64,000 nucleotides of DNA, taken from positions 192,944 to 256,943 of the forward strand of contig CAYLPP010000002.1 of NCBI GenBank assembly GCA_964385615.1, written 5' to 3'. Numbering within the stretch: position 1 is the first letter of the stretch; each line of letters starts with the position of its first letter. Below are positions 20,237 to 31,329 of this stretch, piece after piece. Both the position numbers and the translations under genes were made by a program. The DNA comes from an uncultured bacterium (lineage in GTDB: Bacteria > Omnitrophota > Omnitrophia > Omnitrophales > Aquincolibacteriaceae). Below the pieces are notes generated by a model that ran no database searches, was not told where the DNA came from, and worked only from the letters and a program-made list of their open reading frames with translations.

Positions 20237-21168
20237 AATCTTCCATCCGCATTGGAACCCGCGGAAGCCAGCTCGCGCTTTATCAGGCTGAGATGGTCAA
20301 GACTCAGCTTCAGCTTGAACTTCCCATGATTTCCGTGGAAATTCTCAAAATTAAAACCAGCGGAGACATGATCCGCCGGGGCGGTACGGCGCCGTTTGAT
20401 ACCAAGAGAATTTATACCCGCGAGATCGAAGACGCGCTTCTGAACGGTGAAGTGGATTTGGCCGTGCATAGCGCCAAAGATATGTCGGTTCATATGCCGG
20501 CGGGTTTGAAAATCGGCGCCGTGCTTGAGCGTGAAGATCCGCGCGATTGCCTGATTTCCAAAGATCACAAAAAACTTTCCGAACTTCCGCTGGGTTCACG
20601 CATCGGCACGAGTTCACTCCGGCGGAAAATGCAGCTTTTACGCCGGAGTCCCGAGGTGATCGTGCAGGAAATTCACGGCAATGTGGACAGCCGTATTCGT
20701 AAATTGGAGTCCGGGGAATGTGACGCGATTGTGCTGGCGTATGCCGGCATCAAGCGCCTGGGGCTGACGCATTTGGTTACCGAGATTTTTTCCGAGGAAC
20801 ATTTTTATCCTTCGCCGGGGCAGGGCATTATCGCTGTACAGTCCCGTGAAAATGACTCCGAAGTTGACGCGATTCTCGAACCCATTCACTGCAAGAATTC
20901 CGCGAAGCGTTTGATTTGCGAGCGCGCGTTTCTCCGCAGGCTCGAAGGCGGATGCCAGCTTCCGTGCGGAATCGCCACCCATCTGGAAGGTGCTTTTTTA
21001 AAAGCCTGGGGCGCGCTTTTTTCGACGGATGAAGATCATGCCGTGGAGAAAACGTGGGGCGGTGTCTCCGAAAATCCTGAACAGGCGGGGATTGAGCTCG
21101 CGGATTCTATTTTGGCCGACGGAGGCCGGCAGATTCTCGAAAAAATTCGTCATGACAAAAAAGATTAA
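20233..21168 (+). CDS. hemC: Porphobilinogen deaminase (hydroxymethylbilane synthase)
   Basis: IRIGTRGSQLALYQA... is the typical HemC sequence; the cofactor-binding Cys is present near the C-terminus. Confidence 0.9.
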   Translation: MKSSIRIGTRGSQLALYQAEMVKTQLQLELPMISVEILKIKTSGDMIRRGGTAPFDTKRIYTREIEDALLNGEVDLAVHSAKDMSVHMPAGLKIGAVLEREDPRDCLISKDHKKLSELPLGSRIGTSSLRRKMQLLRRSPEVIVQEIHGNVDSRIRKLESGECDAIVLAYAGIKRLGLTHLVTEIFSEEHFYPSPGQGIIAVQSRENDSEVDAILEPIHCKNSAKRLICERAFLRRLEGGCQLPCGIATHLEGAFLKAWGALFSTDEDHAVEKTWGGVSENPEQAGIELADSILADGGRQILEKIRHDKKD

Positions 21169-22699
21169 GAAAGGCCGTGTTTATCTCGCGGGCGCCGGCC
21201 CCGGCGATCCCGGGCTGATTACGGTCCGCGCTTTTGAAATTCTCAGACAGGCGGATGCGGTTGTTTATGACGCGCTGGTTAACCCTTCCTTGGCCGCTTG
21301 TTCGCCGGCCGGCTTGAAAATTGACGCGGGCAAACGCCACAGCGGGAAATCTCTGGAGCAGGAAAAAATTAACGCTTTGCTTGTTCGTCTCGCGAAACAA
21401 GGCAAAAAGGTCGTCCGTCTGAAAGGCGGTGACCCTTTTGTGTTCGGGCGGGGCGGGGAAGAACTCGATGCTCTGAAAAAAGCGGGCATTGATTTTGAAG
21501 TGATTCCCGGCGTTTCCGCGGGGCACGCGGTTCCGGCTTATGCCGGGATTCCCGTAACCGACCGGCGCTTTGCTTCCATGGTGACTTTTGTGACGGGCCA
21601 TGAAAATCCTGAGAAACCGAATTCTTCCATTCACTGGAAAAGCCTGGCGCAAAGCACCGGAACCCTGGTTTTTTTTATGGGAGTCGGCAATTTGAAGCAG
21701 GTATGCGCCCGGCTGATCGCCGATGGAGCGGACCCCCGCAAACCCGCGATCATGATTCAGGAAGGCAGTCTGCCTGGGCAAAAAGTGATCGAAGGGAACC
21801 TGAAAAACATTTCAGCGCGGGCGGAAAAAGCCGGAATCCGGCCTCCGGCTCTCACAGTGATCGGAGATGTGGTCCGGTTCCGGAAAAAATACGATTGGTT
21901 TAAACCCGCGGAAAGAACTTCAAAGCTTCAGGGCAAGCGTGTGGTCATTACGCGGCCGCGCGCGCAGGCATCTTCGCTCTCTGAACTTTTGAGAGGCCGG
22001 GGCGCGGAAGTGCTCGAATTCCCTTCAATTGAAATTCTTCCCCCAAAATCCTGGGCTGGAATGGATAAAGCTGTTCAGAATCTGAAAGAATTCGATTGGA
22101 TTCTTTTTACCAGCGTTAACGGTGTTCAGTCTTTCATGGAACGTCTGAAAAAATCAGGCCGTGACGCGCGCGCCCTTTCCGGCCTCAAGATCGCCGTGAT
22201 CGGCGAGGCGACTCAGAGCCTGCTGGAGCAATCCGGTCTTCGCGCTGATTTTACTCCCCGTCAATTTACGTCTGAAAGTCTGGTGCGGGAGCTTTCATCC
22301 AGGTATTCGCTTGCCGGGCGGCGGTTTTTTCTGCCCCGGACGGATATTGCTCCCTTAAAACTTTGCCGGGACCTCGAGGCGAAAGGCGCGAAAGTGACGC
22401 AGGCGGAGGCTTACCGGACGGTTCCCGGAGCCAGGGAAGCCCATAAAAAAACCTTGCGGCAATGGGTTCGGGGTAAGAAAATGGACTACATCACGTTTAC
22501 CAGCTCTTCCACGGTCAGGAATTTTTTTGAATCCTTCCCGGGCGGTTTCCAAAAGGAATTAAAAAAAGCCGGCGTCAGAATGATTTCCATCGGCCCGGTG
22601 ACTACGGAAACTCTAAAAGATTACGGCTTCAAACCTTACCGAGAAGCCGGTCAGCATACGGTAAACGGTCTTGTGGAGGCGATGCTTCATGGATCCTAA
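21152..22699 (+). CDS. Fused uroporphyrinogen-III C-methyltransferase (SUMT/CobA) and uroporphyrinogen-III synthase (HemD)
   Basis: ATG at 21152 (MTKKIKKGRVYLAGAGPGDPGLIT, SUMT N-terminus). The C-terminal half has the HemD fold pattern. The ORF track start at 21029 overlaps hemC. Confidence 0.85.
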   Translation: MTKKIKKGRVYLAGAGPGDPGLITVRAFEILRQADAVVYDALVNPSLAACSPAGLKIDAGKRHSGKSLEQEKINALLVRLAKQGKKVVRLKGGDPFVFGRGGEELDALKKAGIDFEVIPGVSAGHAVPAYAGIPVTDRRFASMVTFVTGHENPEKPNSSIHWKSLAQSTGTLVFFMGVGNLKQVCARLIADGADPRKPAIMIQEGSLPGQKVIEGNLKNISARAEKAGIRPPALTVIGDVVRFRKKYDWFKPAERTSKLQGKRVVITRPRAQASSLSELLRGRGAEVLEFPSIEILPPKSWAGMDKAVQNLKEFDWILFTSVNGVQSFMERLKKSGRDARALSGLKIAVIGEATQSLLEQSGLRADFTPRQFTSESLVRELSSRYSLAGRRFFLPRTDIAPLKLCRDLEAKGAKVTQAEAYRTVPGAREAHKKTLRQWVRGKKMDYITFTSSSTVRNFFESFPGGFQKELKKAGVRMISIGPVTTETLKDYGFKPYREAGQHTVNGLVEAMLHGS

Positions 22700-23714
22700 A
22701 ACCGGAAATTTTCCTCAAGTCCGCCTTCGGCGCCTTCGCTCCAGCGAAGCTATGCGCCGTTTGGTGCGTGAAACTTTTCTTTCCTTGGACCAGCTGGTTA
22801 TGCCCTATTTCATTAAGGAAGGACGGAATGTAAAAGAGCCGATTGAATCGATGCCCGGCCAGTTCCGTTTTTCAATCGACACACTGCTGACTGAGCTCGA
22901 AGGCTTGCAGGATCAGGGCGTGCGGAGCGTTCTTTTATTCGGAGTTCCGGACGAAAAAGACTCCAAAGGTTCCGGGGCTTATGCTTCTGAAGCGTTGATT
23001 CCCCGCGCGGTCCGGGAAATCAAAAAACATTTTTCAGACCTTCTGGTGATCACGGACGTCTGCCTGTGCGGTTACACGGATCACGGGCATTGCGGTTTGA
23101 TCAATGAAGCAGGGGAAATTGAAAATGATACGACACTGCCGTTGTTGGCGCGGATGGCCTTGGCGCATGCTGAAGCCGGTACTGACATCGTGGCTCCTAG
23201 CGACATGATGGATGGCCGGATTGGCGCGATCCGCAGGGCATTGGATGAAAAAGGATTTTCGAACACGGCGATCATGAGTTATGGAGCAAAATACGCCTCC
23301 GCTTTTTACGGGCCTTTCCGTGACGCGGCCCATTCGGCGCCCGCTTTCGGCGACCGTAAAACTTATCAGATGGATTCCGCGAATATTCAGGAAGCAATCC
23401 GCGAGCTCGAGCAGGACGTAAAAGAAGGCGCGGACATTCTAATGATCAAGCCCGCGCTGGCTTATCTGGATGTGATCCGGGAAGCCGCGGTTCAATTTTC
23501 ACTTCCGGTCGCGGCTTACTCCGTCAGCGGGGAATATTCCATGATTAAGGCGGCTGCCGAAAAGGGAATGCTGGATGAGAAAAAGGCAGTGCTTGAGATG
23601 GCTTCCGGCATGGTTCGGGCCGGGGCACGCATCCTGATTACCTACTATGCCCGCCAGATTGCCGAATGGCTCTGTTCCGACGGGAAAGAATCTTCGCAAG
23701 TCAATACCCAGTAA
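22689..23714 (+). CDS. hemB: Porphobilinogen synthase (delta-aminolevulinate dehydratase)
   Basis: FPQVRLRRLR N-terminal motif; active-site lysines in the MIKPA region; Cys-rich metal site CLCGYTDHGHCG. Confidence 0.9.
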   Translation: MDPKTGNFPQVRLRRLRSSEAMRRLVRETFLSLDQLVMPYFIKEGRNVKEPIESMPGQFRFSIDTLLTELEGLQDQGVRSVLLFGVPDEKDSKGSGAYASEALIPRAVREIKKHFSDLLVITDVCLCGYTDHGHCGLINEAGEIENDTTLPLLARMALAHAEAGTDIVAPSDMMDGRIGAIRRALDEKGFSNTAIMSYGAKYASAFYGPFRDAAHSAPAFGDRKTYQMDSANIQEAIRELEQDVKEGADILMIKPALAYLDVIREAAVQFSLPVAAYSVSGEYSMIKAAAEKGMLDEKKAVLEMASGMVRAGARILITYYARQIAEWLCSDGKESSQVNTQ

Positions 23715-23809
23715 AGAGTTAAGACTTTAATCCTCCCCTAAAATTGTAATTTCCTCTGCTGACAGGTAGACTTTCTTCAGATGTCGCGTCCAAAGGGAGG
23801 AAGGCAAAG

Positions 23810-25540
23810 TTGCCGAACAAAGACCTCGAAAGCTTTCAGGTGCTCCTAGTTGATCAAGACGCCGACTCCATCCATTTAATTCAAAAAGGCCTCGAAGAAA
23901 ACGGTTTTTTCCGCTCTGAAGTTGTTCACGCCTCCAACATGAAAGAAGCTCTGGCCCGGCTGAAAGAACGTCATTTTCATCTGCTGTTGGTGGACACTTC
24001 CCCGGAATCTGACGAAGGTTTGAAACTTTTCGCTGAAACCCGCAGGCTTAAAATGGAAATACCTTTTGTTTTGATGGCGCCGGTGCGTGATGATAATTTT
24101 GTCCGTCAGGTGCTGGAAGCCGGGGTGGAAGATATTATCGTTAAAAACGAAAATCATTTTCAGGAGCTGGCCCGTAAACTCCGCGAATGTTACGACAAGT
24201 TTCACACGGGTGACGGCGCGAAGGGGCTTCCGGAATTCCGCAGAAAGATCAAAGAAAAACTGGGTCAGCATCTTGTTGTTAAACAAGAAATGTCGACCCG
24301 CGATGATCTGACCGGGCTTTACAATCACAGTTATCTTCATGACCGCGTTGTCCGCGACTTTTCAGCGGCGGTCCGTTACGGCTATCCGATTTCTTGCCTG
24401 ATGATTGATATCGATCATTTCCGCTCGATCAATGAAAAATTCGGGTACCGCGCGGGCGAACAGGTTTTAAAACAGTCCGCCAAACTCCTTTTTGATAATT
24501 GCCGGTTAAGCGACTGCATCGCGCGTTACGGCGGAGAAGAATTCGCGATTGTCCTTCCGCATATTGACTACACCGGCGCGGCTGAATTGGCCAATCGTCT
24601 GCGTCTGCTTTTTGCCCAGCATAAGTTCATGGTCGAAGGGCAGGAGATTCAGATCACTCTTTCCATCGGCGTTACGTCTTTCCCCGAAGATCCGGTCAAG
24701 AACCGCGCGGATCTTCTGATTTTCGCGGATCAGGCGCTGTCACGCGCTAAAACAGTAGGCCGGAACACCGTTTCCATGTACCGCGATATCGAACCTCTTT
24801 TCGGCGAAGCTTTCCCCGCGCTCAAAATCAGCGAGGACAAGATCGTCGACTTTCAACGGCGGATGACGGAGATCTCCATAACTGCCCGCAAGGCGTACAC
24901 AGAGGCGTCCAAAGCGTTAATTAAAGCCCTGGAAAATAAAGACCGTTATACGGTCGGCCATGCGGGCAGTACCGCCCGATATGCATTTTGGGTTGCCGAA
25001 TCGATGGGAATGGGAACGGACGAATGCGAAATGGTTCAGCACGCGGCGCTCCTCCATGACATCGGCAAGATATGCATTCCTGACGCGATCCTTCTCAAGC
25101 CCGGCCGCCTGACTCTGACGGAGTTTGAAACTATGAAACAGCATCCTTATCTGGGTTATAAGATGCTGAAGCCCGTGAAATTTCTTCAGCAGGAAGCCAT
25201 CATGGTTCTTCATCATCACGAATGGTTCAACGGAGAAGGTTACCCCTGCCGTTTGAAGGGGAATGAAATTCCGCTGGGCGCCCGGATTATCGCCGTGGTG
25301 GATTCTTACGACACCATGCGTACCGCGGGCGGGCGTTATAAGAAAACAATTACGGTTGAGATGGCGGTCAATGAATTGATCAATTGCGCCGGCACTCAGT
25401 TTGACCCTGAAGTTGTTCGTGTTTTCGTGGAAGTCCTTAAAGCCCGCGGAGATTTGCAGGCCGGTAATTATAATCAGGCCCGTCTTGACGAAGCGCTTCT
25501 GGCGCATCCCACTCCAGTCCAAAAAACTTTCCTGCAATAA
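23810..25540 (+). CDS. Response-regulator receiver plus GGDEF (GGEEF, active-type) plus HD-GYP phosphodiesterase
   Basis: REC N-terminus; RYGGEEFAIVLP; HDIGK...HHHEWFNGEGYP. Confidence 0.85.
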   Translation: MPNKDLESFQVLLVDQDADSIHLIQKGLEENGFFRSEVVHASNMKEALARLKERHFHLLLVDTSPESDEGLKLFAETRRLKMEIPFVLMAPVRDDNFVRQVLEAGVEDIIVKNENHFQELARKLRECYDKFHTGDGAKGLPEFRRKIKEKLGQHLVVKQEMSTRDDLTGLYNHSYLHDRVVRDFSAAVRYGYPISCLMIDIDHFRSINEKFGYRAGEQVLKQSAKLLFDNCRLSDCIARYGGEEFAIVLPHIDYTGAAELANRLRLLFAQHKFMVEGQEIQITLSIGVTSFPEDPVKNRADLLIFADQALSRAKTVGRNTVSMYRDIEPLFGEAFPALKISEDKIVDFQRRMTEISITARKAYTEASKALIKALENKDRYTVGHAGSTARYAFWVAESMGMGTDECEMVQHAALLHDIGKICIPDAILLKPGRLTLTEFETMKQHPYLGYKMLKPVKFLQQEAIMVLHHHEWFNGEGYPCRLKGNEIPLGARIIAVVDSYDTMRTAGGRYKKTITVEMAVNELINCAGTQFDPEVVRVFVEVLKARGDLQAGNYNQARLDEALLAHPTPVQKTFLQ

Positions 25541-25583
25541 CTTCTTGAGCCCCGGCTCTTTTGTGTGGATAATAGCCCCCGCT

Positions 25584-25919
25584 ATGGGTCTTGAAACCTT
25601 TCCTGAAATCGAAAGTTTTAATAAACTTCCCCGGCAGGTGATCGTCAAGGCAGGCAGTTCCACCTATGACGAAAAAGACGGCGCCCGCCTGCGCGGTATC
25701 GTGATCAATAATACCGGTCACGCCATCCGGGAAATCTGGGTCAGAGCCATTGTGCTTGATGACGACAGCATTCCGGTCGTAAGCACGGGGATTGCCCCTG
25801 ATCCCAGCGTGCTTCATCAGGGAGGTATTGCCTCCTTTTCGGTTCAAGTCGAGAATTATGCCCGGAAAATTTCCAACTGCCATCTGACCGTGGACTGGAA
25901 ATTCGATGACAGCCAGTAA
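25584..25919 (+). CDS. Hypothetical small beta-rich protein
   Basis: ATG at 25584 within the ORF track entry 25401..25919; the upstream part overlaps the HD-GYP gene. No recognisable motifs. Confidence 0.4.
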   Translation: MGLETFPEIESFNKLPRQVIVKAGSSTYDEKDGARLRGIVINNTGHAIREIWVRAIVLDDDSIPVVSTGIAPDPSVLHQGGIASFSVQVENYARKISNCHLTVDWKFDDSQ

Positions 25920-27876
25920 AGATTCGATCGAAGCCCTTTTCGAAGAAACCCGCGTTTTTAAACCTTCTCCCGTTTTCCGCGACCAGGCCAACGCCAAAGA
26001 TTCTTCCATTTATGAAAAAGCCGCGGCGGACCCTGAAGCCTACTGGGCTAACTGGGCGCGCTCGCTGGATTGGAGCAAGCCCTGGAAAAAAATTCTCGAA
26101 TGGAAAGCTCCGCACGCCAAGTGGTTCATCGGCGGCAAACTCAACGCCAGCGTGAACTGTGTCGACCGTCATGTTTATCCCTCCACCAGCTGTGAATCCA
26201 AGCGCAATAAAGCCGCGATTATTTGGGAAGGTGAGCCGGGCGATACCAAAACGCTGACGTACTGGGAGCTTTACCGCCAGGTCAATCAATTCGCGGATGT
26301 CCTTAAAAAACGAGGTGTCAAAAAAGGCGACCGGGTCGCGATTTATATGCCCCTGGTTCCTGAGCTTGTCGTGGCGTGTCTGGCATGCGCGCGCATCGGC
26401 GCGGTGCACAGTGTCGTGTTTGGCGGTTTCAGCGCTGAAGCGCTTCGTGACCGTATCAATGATCAGGAAGCCAAACTGCTTGTCACGGCGGATTATGGCT
26501 ACCGGCGCGGTCAGAAAATTCAGCTGAAAAAAGCCGCGGATGAAGCGCTTAAAGATACGCCTTCCATCGAAAAGGTTATTGTGTTCAAACGCGGTACGGA
26601 AAATTTCGAATGCGCGATGAAAGAAGGCCGTGATCTCTGGTGGCAGGATTTAATGCGTGACGCTTCCATGAATGTGGAACCGGCGGAAATGGACGCTGAA
26701 GACCTTCTCTTTATTTTGTACACATCCGGCACTACGGGAAAACCCAAGGGGATTGTGCATACGACCGGCGGATACATGACCGGTGTTTACGCGACCACGA
26801 AATGGGTTTTTGACCTGAAGGATGAAGACGTTTACTGGTGCACGGCGGATATCGGCTGGATCACCGGGCACAGCTATGTTATTTACGGGCCTCTTTCCAA
26901 CGGCGCGACCGTGTTTATGTATGAAGGCGCGCCGGACTGGCCCGAAAAAGACCGCTTCTGGCAGTTGATTGAAAAGTACGGGGTTACGGTTTTTTATACC
27001 GCGCCGACGGCCATTCGCGCTTTTATGAAGTGGGGAACAGAGTGGCCCGCGAAAAGAGATATGTCGACCTTGCGTTTGCTCGGCAGTGTGGGCGAGCCGA
27101 TTAATCCTGAGGCCTGGATGTGGTATCACGAGCATATCGGCCGTGAAAAATGCCCTGTGGTGGATACCTGGTGGCAGACGGAAACCGGAGCGATCATGAT
27201 CACGCCATTGCCCGGTTTGACGCCGACCAAGCCCGGTTCGGCGACCCGGCCATTTCCCGGTATTTCCGCTGAAGTACTGGATGAGCAAGGCAATCCCGTC
27301 AAACACGGCGGGGGGTATGTGGCCATTACCAAACCGTGGCCTTCCATGATGCGCACGCTTTACAAGGATGACGAGCGTTACGTGAAAACTTATTGGTCGC
27401 GCTGGAAGAAGGATATTTATTTTCCGGGCGACGGCACCAAGAAAGACGCCGATGGTTATTTCTGGTTCATGGGCCGGGTGGATGACGTTATGAATGTCGC
27501 CGGGCACCGTATCGGCACGGCTGAAGTTGAGAGCGCGCTGGTGGATCATCACGCGGTCGCGGAAGCGGCAGTCGTCGGCAAAAACCATGAAATTAAAGGC
27601 CAGGCGATCGTGGCTTTTGTGACTCTGAAGGAAGGCGTTAAATCTTCTTCTGAACTTGTCACGGATTTAAAACAGCACGTGGTTCAGAAAATCGGCGCGC
27701 TGGCGAGGCCGGAAGAAATTCTTTTTTCCGCTGATCTTCCCAAAACACGTTCCGGAAAAATCATGCGCCGGCTTTTGAAAGATATTGCCGAAGGCAAAGC
27801 TTTAGGCGACACGACAACGCTTGCCGATCCGACGATTGTTCAGAAGCTGAAACAGCAGTACGAGGAAGAAGAGTAA
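25906..27876 (+). CDS. acs: Acetyl-CoA synthetase
   Basis: 656 aa with AMP-binding motifs [11 protein letters not shown] and [12 protein letters not shown]; lysine in the SGKIMRR motif. Confidence 0.9.
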   Translation: MTASKDSIEALFEETRVFKPSPVFRDQANAKDSSIYEKAAADPEAYWANWARSLDWSKPWKKILEWKAPHAKWFIGGKLNASVNCVDRHVYPSTSCESKRNKAAIIWEGEPGDTKTLTYWELYRQVNQFADVLKKRGVKKGDRVAIYMPLVPELVVACLACARIGAVHSVVFGGFSAEALRDRINDQEAKLLVTADYGYRRGQKIQLKKAADEALKDTPSIEKVIVFKRGTENFECAMKEGRDLWWQDLMRDASMNVEPAEMDAEDLLFILYTSGTTGKPKGIVHTTGGYMTGVYATTKWVFDLKDEDVYWCTADIGWITGHSYVIYGPLSNGATVFMYEGAPDWPEKDRFWQLIEKYGVTVFYTAPTAIRAFMKWGTEWPAKRDMSTLRLLGSVGEPINPEAWMWYHEHIGREKCPVVDTWWQTETGAIMITPLPGLTPTKPGSATRPFPGISAEVLDEQGNPVKHGGGYVAITKPWPSMMRTLYKDDERYVKTYWSRWKKDIYFPGDGTKKDADGYFWFMGRVDDVMNVAGHRIGTAEVESALVDHHAVAEAAVVGKNHEIKGQAIVAFVTLKEGVKSSSELVTDLKQHVVQKIGALARPEEILFSADLPKTRSGKIMRRLLKDIAEGKALGDTTTLADPTIVQKLKQQYEEEE

Positions 27877-29046
27877 TTGAAAAAATCCTCGATGGCTCTG
27901 CTTTTTTTTTCGATTCTTTTTTCTTTCGCGCTCGCGGAAGCAGGCGCGCGCCTCGTTTTCCCTGAAGCTCCGTCCGCGCCCCGTCCTAAAGTGCTTGTGC
28001 ATGAAGCAAGCCCGAATCTGAAGCTTCTTTATCACCCTTCTCCGGGCGCTTCCAATGACGCTTACAAAGTTCCCAACACGATCAACAGCCTGGGTTTTCG
28101 CGACCGCGAATTTCCGTTTGAAAAAACGCCGGGGGTCAAACGGATCGTTTTTCTGGGCGATTCCGTGGTTTACGGGTACGGGGTTTTAGTTGAAGACAGT
28201 ATTCCCAAACAGCTCGAAAAGGTTTTTCGGGAAAAAGGCGAGAAGGTTGAGGTTTTGAATCTCGGGGTTTCCGGTTACGAAGCGGAGCAGGAAGTAGAGT
28301 TTTTCAAAGAGCTGGGCCGGAAATTCCATCCGGATTTGGTTTTGGCCGGATATACTTTGAACGATAGCATTTACGCTTCCATGGAGCTGGATTTTTTTCA
28401 TGATCAGTCTCATTTAAGCGTTACGGTGGAGCGCCCGGAATTGAGCCGGCGTTTTTTTCTGTGGCTTTTCAAATATTCGCGCTTTCTCCGGCTTCTGGAT
28501 CAACAGTTTCATGTTCAGAAAGCGTTTAAATTTTTAAGGGGCTATTACGATCAGGATATCTGGTTCTACCTGGAAGACCGGAACCGTAAATACAAAGACT
28601 CGCTGGATTCTCCTTATCAGCGCGTCAGGACAGCCATTGTCGAAGAGGCTCATCGGCAGGGCACCAGCCCGGAGGCTTTGAAATTGATGCTGGGTTTTAC
28701 CGGAATTGATAACAGCGAGTTTTATTCGTCTCACTGGAATGTTTCTTACCGCGCGTTTCAGGAGCTGGCGGAACTGTCGTCCCGGGAATCTTTTTCCGTG
28801 ACGGCCGTGATTTTTCCTTACATGACGGATCCTGAGCATTACGCTTTGGGCCCCATGCACGATTTTTTAAGCGCTGAATTCCGTAAATTGGGATTCGGCG
28901 TTATTGACCCTTCAAAAAAAATCTTTGAAGCCTATCAAACTCAGGGCCGGAGCCTGATTAACGATCCCGTGCATTTCAGCCCCCCAGGAACCCGCTTGAT
29001 CGCGGAAACTCTTTATGAAGAACTTAAAGCGTCCCAAAAAATCTAA
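27877..29046 (+). CDS. Membrane-anchored SGNH/GDSL-family hydrolase or acyltransferase-like protein
   Basis: N-terminal TM; GDS block FLGDSVVYG; C-terminal DPVHFSP (DxxH). Confidence 0.65.
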   Translation: MKKSSMALLFFSILFSFALAEAGARLVFPEAPSAPRPKVLVHEASPNLKLLYHPSPGASNDAYKVPNTINSLGFRDREFPFEKTPGVKRIVFLGDSVVYGYGVLVEDSIPKQLEKVFREKGEKVEVLNLGVSGYEAEQEVEFFKELGRKFHPDLVLAGYTLNDSIYASMELDFFHDQSHLSVTVERPELSRRFFLWLFKYSRFLRLLDQQFHVQKAFKFLRGYYDQDIWFYLEDRNRKYKDSLDSPYQRVRTAIVEEAHRQGTSPEALKLMLGFTGIDNSEFYSSHWNVSYRAFQELAELSSRESFSVTAVIFPYMTDPEHYALGPMHDFLSAEFRKLGFGVIDPSKKIFEAYQTQGRSLINDPVHFSPPGTRLIAETLYEELKASQKI

Positions 29047-30316
29047 ACTGTTCTCAAAAGCTTTGAGCCTGATTCCGGGCGGGGTGAATTCCCCGGTCCG
29101 GGCCTTTCGCGCCGTGGGCGGCGACCCTGTTTTCGCGCGCAGGGGAAAGGGCGCTTATTTTTCGGATGAATCCGGGAAGAAGTACCTGGATTTCTGCTGT
29201 TCGTGGGGCGCTCTTTTATTCGGGCACGCGCCGGCGGGGCTGGTGAAACAGATTTCAAAAACAGCTTCGGAAGGCATGAGTTTCGGAATCGCGACCCGGC
29301 GTGAAGTCGAGCTGGCGGAGCGGATTCAAAAGATTTATCCCTCCATGGAAAAAATGAGGATGACCTCTTCGGGCACCGAAGCGGTTATGTCCGCGGTGCG
29401 TCTGGCGCGCGGTTTCACCGGCCGGAATAAAATCGTGAAGCTCGACGGCGGGTATCACGGTCATGTCGACAGCCTTCTCGTGAAAGCCGGTTCGGGCGCC
29501 GCGACTTTCGGCGTTCCGGATTCCGCGGGGATTCCCAAAGAACTCGCGGGTTTGACGCTGAGCATTCCTTTCAATGACACCGCCGCGGCTGAAAAGATTT
29601 TTAAGAAACACGGCCGGGATATCGCGGCTTTTATTTTAGAGCCGGTTCCCGCCAACATGGGCGTGGTTCTGCCCCGCATGGATTATTTAAAAACCGCGCG
29701 GGAGATTACCCGGAAATATAAATCCCTTTTAATTTTTGATGAAGTCATTACGGGCTTTCGCGTCGCGGAAGGCGGAGCCCAGGCATTTTTCGGCGTGAAG
29801 CCGGATCTGACGGTCATGGGAAAAATTCTGGGCGGAGGGATGCCTTTGGCCGCGTTCGGAGGCAGGCGTGAAATCATGGACTGCCTGGCTCCGTTGGGAC
29901 CTGTTTATCAGGCGGGAACTTTGTCGGGCAATCCGGTCGCGGTTTCCTCGGCTCTCTGGGTTCTTCAACAGCTCAGCTCTCCGGCCATGAAAAAATTTCA
30001 GAAACGGGCGCAGGATTTCCGCCGGCGTCTGCACAGCGAAATGATGCGCAGAGACTGGCCGGTTCAGATGAACAGTTTGGGCTCCATGTTCACCCTGTTT
30101 TTTTCAGACAAACCCGTGCTCGACTATGCCTCCGCCAAACACTCCGACACGAAACGCTACGCCCGCTTCTTTCACGGCTGTCTGGAGAAGGGGATTTATC
30201 TGGCCCCGTCACAGTTTGAAGCCAATTTCATCTCCACGGCCCATTCTGAGGCGGATCTGGATAAGGCCTTCACGGTCTTTACCGGGCTGATTTCAAAGCT
30301 TTCCAGAAAAGCCTGA
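29015..30316 (+). CDS. hemL: Glutamate-1-semialdehyde 2,1-aminomutase
   Basis: LIPGGVNSPVRAF N-terminus; PLP lysine region. Confidence 0.9.
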   Translation: MKNLKRPKKSKLFSKALSLIPGGVNSPVRAFRAVGGDPVFARRGKGAYFSDESGKKYLDFCCSWGALLFGHAPAGLVKQISKTASEGMSFGIATRREVELAERIQKIYPSMEKMRMTSSGTEAVMSAVRLARGFTGRNKIVKLDGGYHGHVDSLLVKAGSGAATFGVPDSAGIPKELAGLTLSIPFNDTAAAEKIFKKHGRDIAAFILEPVPANMGVVLPRMDYLKTAREITRKYKSLLIFDEVITGFRVAEGGAQAFFGVKPDLTVMGKILGGGMPLAAFGGRREIMDCLAPLGPVYQAGTLSGNPVAVSSALWVLQQLSSPAMKKFQKRAQDFRRRLHSEMMRRDWPVQMNSLGSMFTLFFSDKPVLDYASAKHSDTKRYARFFHGCLEKGIYLAPSQFEANFISTAHSEADLDKAFTVFTGLISKLSRKA

Positions 30317-30326
30317 TTCTTCTATA

Positions 30327-31328
30327 ATGCGCCCCATGCAGTCACCCATCACGCTTGATGATATTTATTCGCCTGTCGACACCCGGCTGAAAACGGTTCC
30401 GTCCGCGATTCTGGACATTCTTTCGACTGACAACGCGCTGGCCAGCGACGTGATCCGTTATTTCTTTTCCTCCCAGGGCAAAATGCTCCGGCCCGCGCTC
30501 ACGCTTTTGGGCGGCGCGATTAAAGGCGGGAAGCCGGAAATTGAAAAACGTCTGATCACGCTTGCCGCTTCTTTTGAAATTTTTCATTCCGCCACCTTGA
30601 TTCATGATGACATTATTGATAACGCGTTCGTGCGCCGGAATATTCCCACGATCAACGCTAAATGGAGCCCCCAGACCGCGGTGCTGGTGGGCGATTACCT
30701 TCACGATAAAGCGATCGGCGCTATTTTTCATGTGGGGAATGAAAAGATTTTTTCTTTGTTTCTTCAGACGGCCGGAAAGGTTTGCGACGGCGAAATCCAC
30801 GAGCTGAAAGAAAACCAGAATTTTAATCTCAAGGAAGAGGAATACCTCGAGATCGTGGACAAGAAAACCGCGGTGCTTTTGGCCTGCTGTGTGGAAGCCG
30901 GGGGAATTCTCGCGGGCGCTTCGCCCGAAGAAGCGGAAGCTTTGAAGCGTTTCGGCACTTATTTTGGGATCGCGTTTCAGATTATTGACGACTGCCTGGA
31001 TTTTACCGGCAACGAGGAAGAATTCGGCAAGACGCTCGGCAAAGATTGCGCGGGCGGTGTTCTGACGCTTCCGTTGATCCGCCTGATTCAGCTGGTGGAT
31101 GAAAAGAAAAAGAGCGAAGTCTTCAAGATTTTTAAATCCGAAATGGTGACCAATAAATTCCAGACCCTGCTGGCCATGATTCGCGAATATGGCACGCTTC
31201 AATACTCGCTCGACCGGGCGAAAGAGTACGCGGAAAAAGCCCGCCTCGAGCTTTCGGTTTTCCCGGACAATTCCGGCAAGGCCAGTCTGGAAAAACTTCT
31301 GGATTACGTTTTGGAACGAAATAAATAA
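30327..31328 (+). CDS. Polyprenyl diphosphate synthase (trans-IPPS, IspB-like)
   Basis: FARM motif LIHDDIIDN and SARM motif IIDDCLDF. Confidence 0.8.
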   Translation: MRPMQSPITLDDIYSPVDTRLKTVPSAILDILSTDNALASDVIRYFFSSQGKMLRPALTLLGGAIKGGKPEIEKRLITLAASFEIFHSATLIHDDIIDNAFVRRNIPTINAKWSPQTAVLVGDYLHDKAIGAIFHVGNEKIFSLFLQTAGKVCDGEIHELKENQNFNLKEEEYLEIVDKKTAVLLACCVEAGGILAGASPEEAEALKRFGTYFGIAFQIIDDCLDFTGNEEEFGKTLGKDCAGGVLTLPLIRLIQLVDEKKKSEVFKIFKSEMVTNKFQTLLAMIREYGTLQYSLDRAKEYAEKARLELSVFPDNSGKASLEKLLDYVLERNK

Positions 31329-31329
31329 A

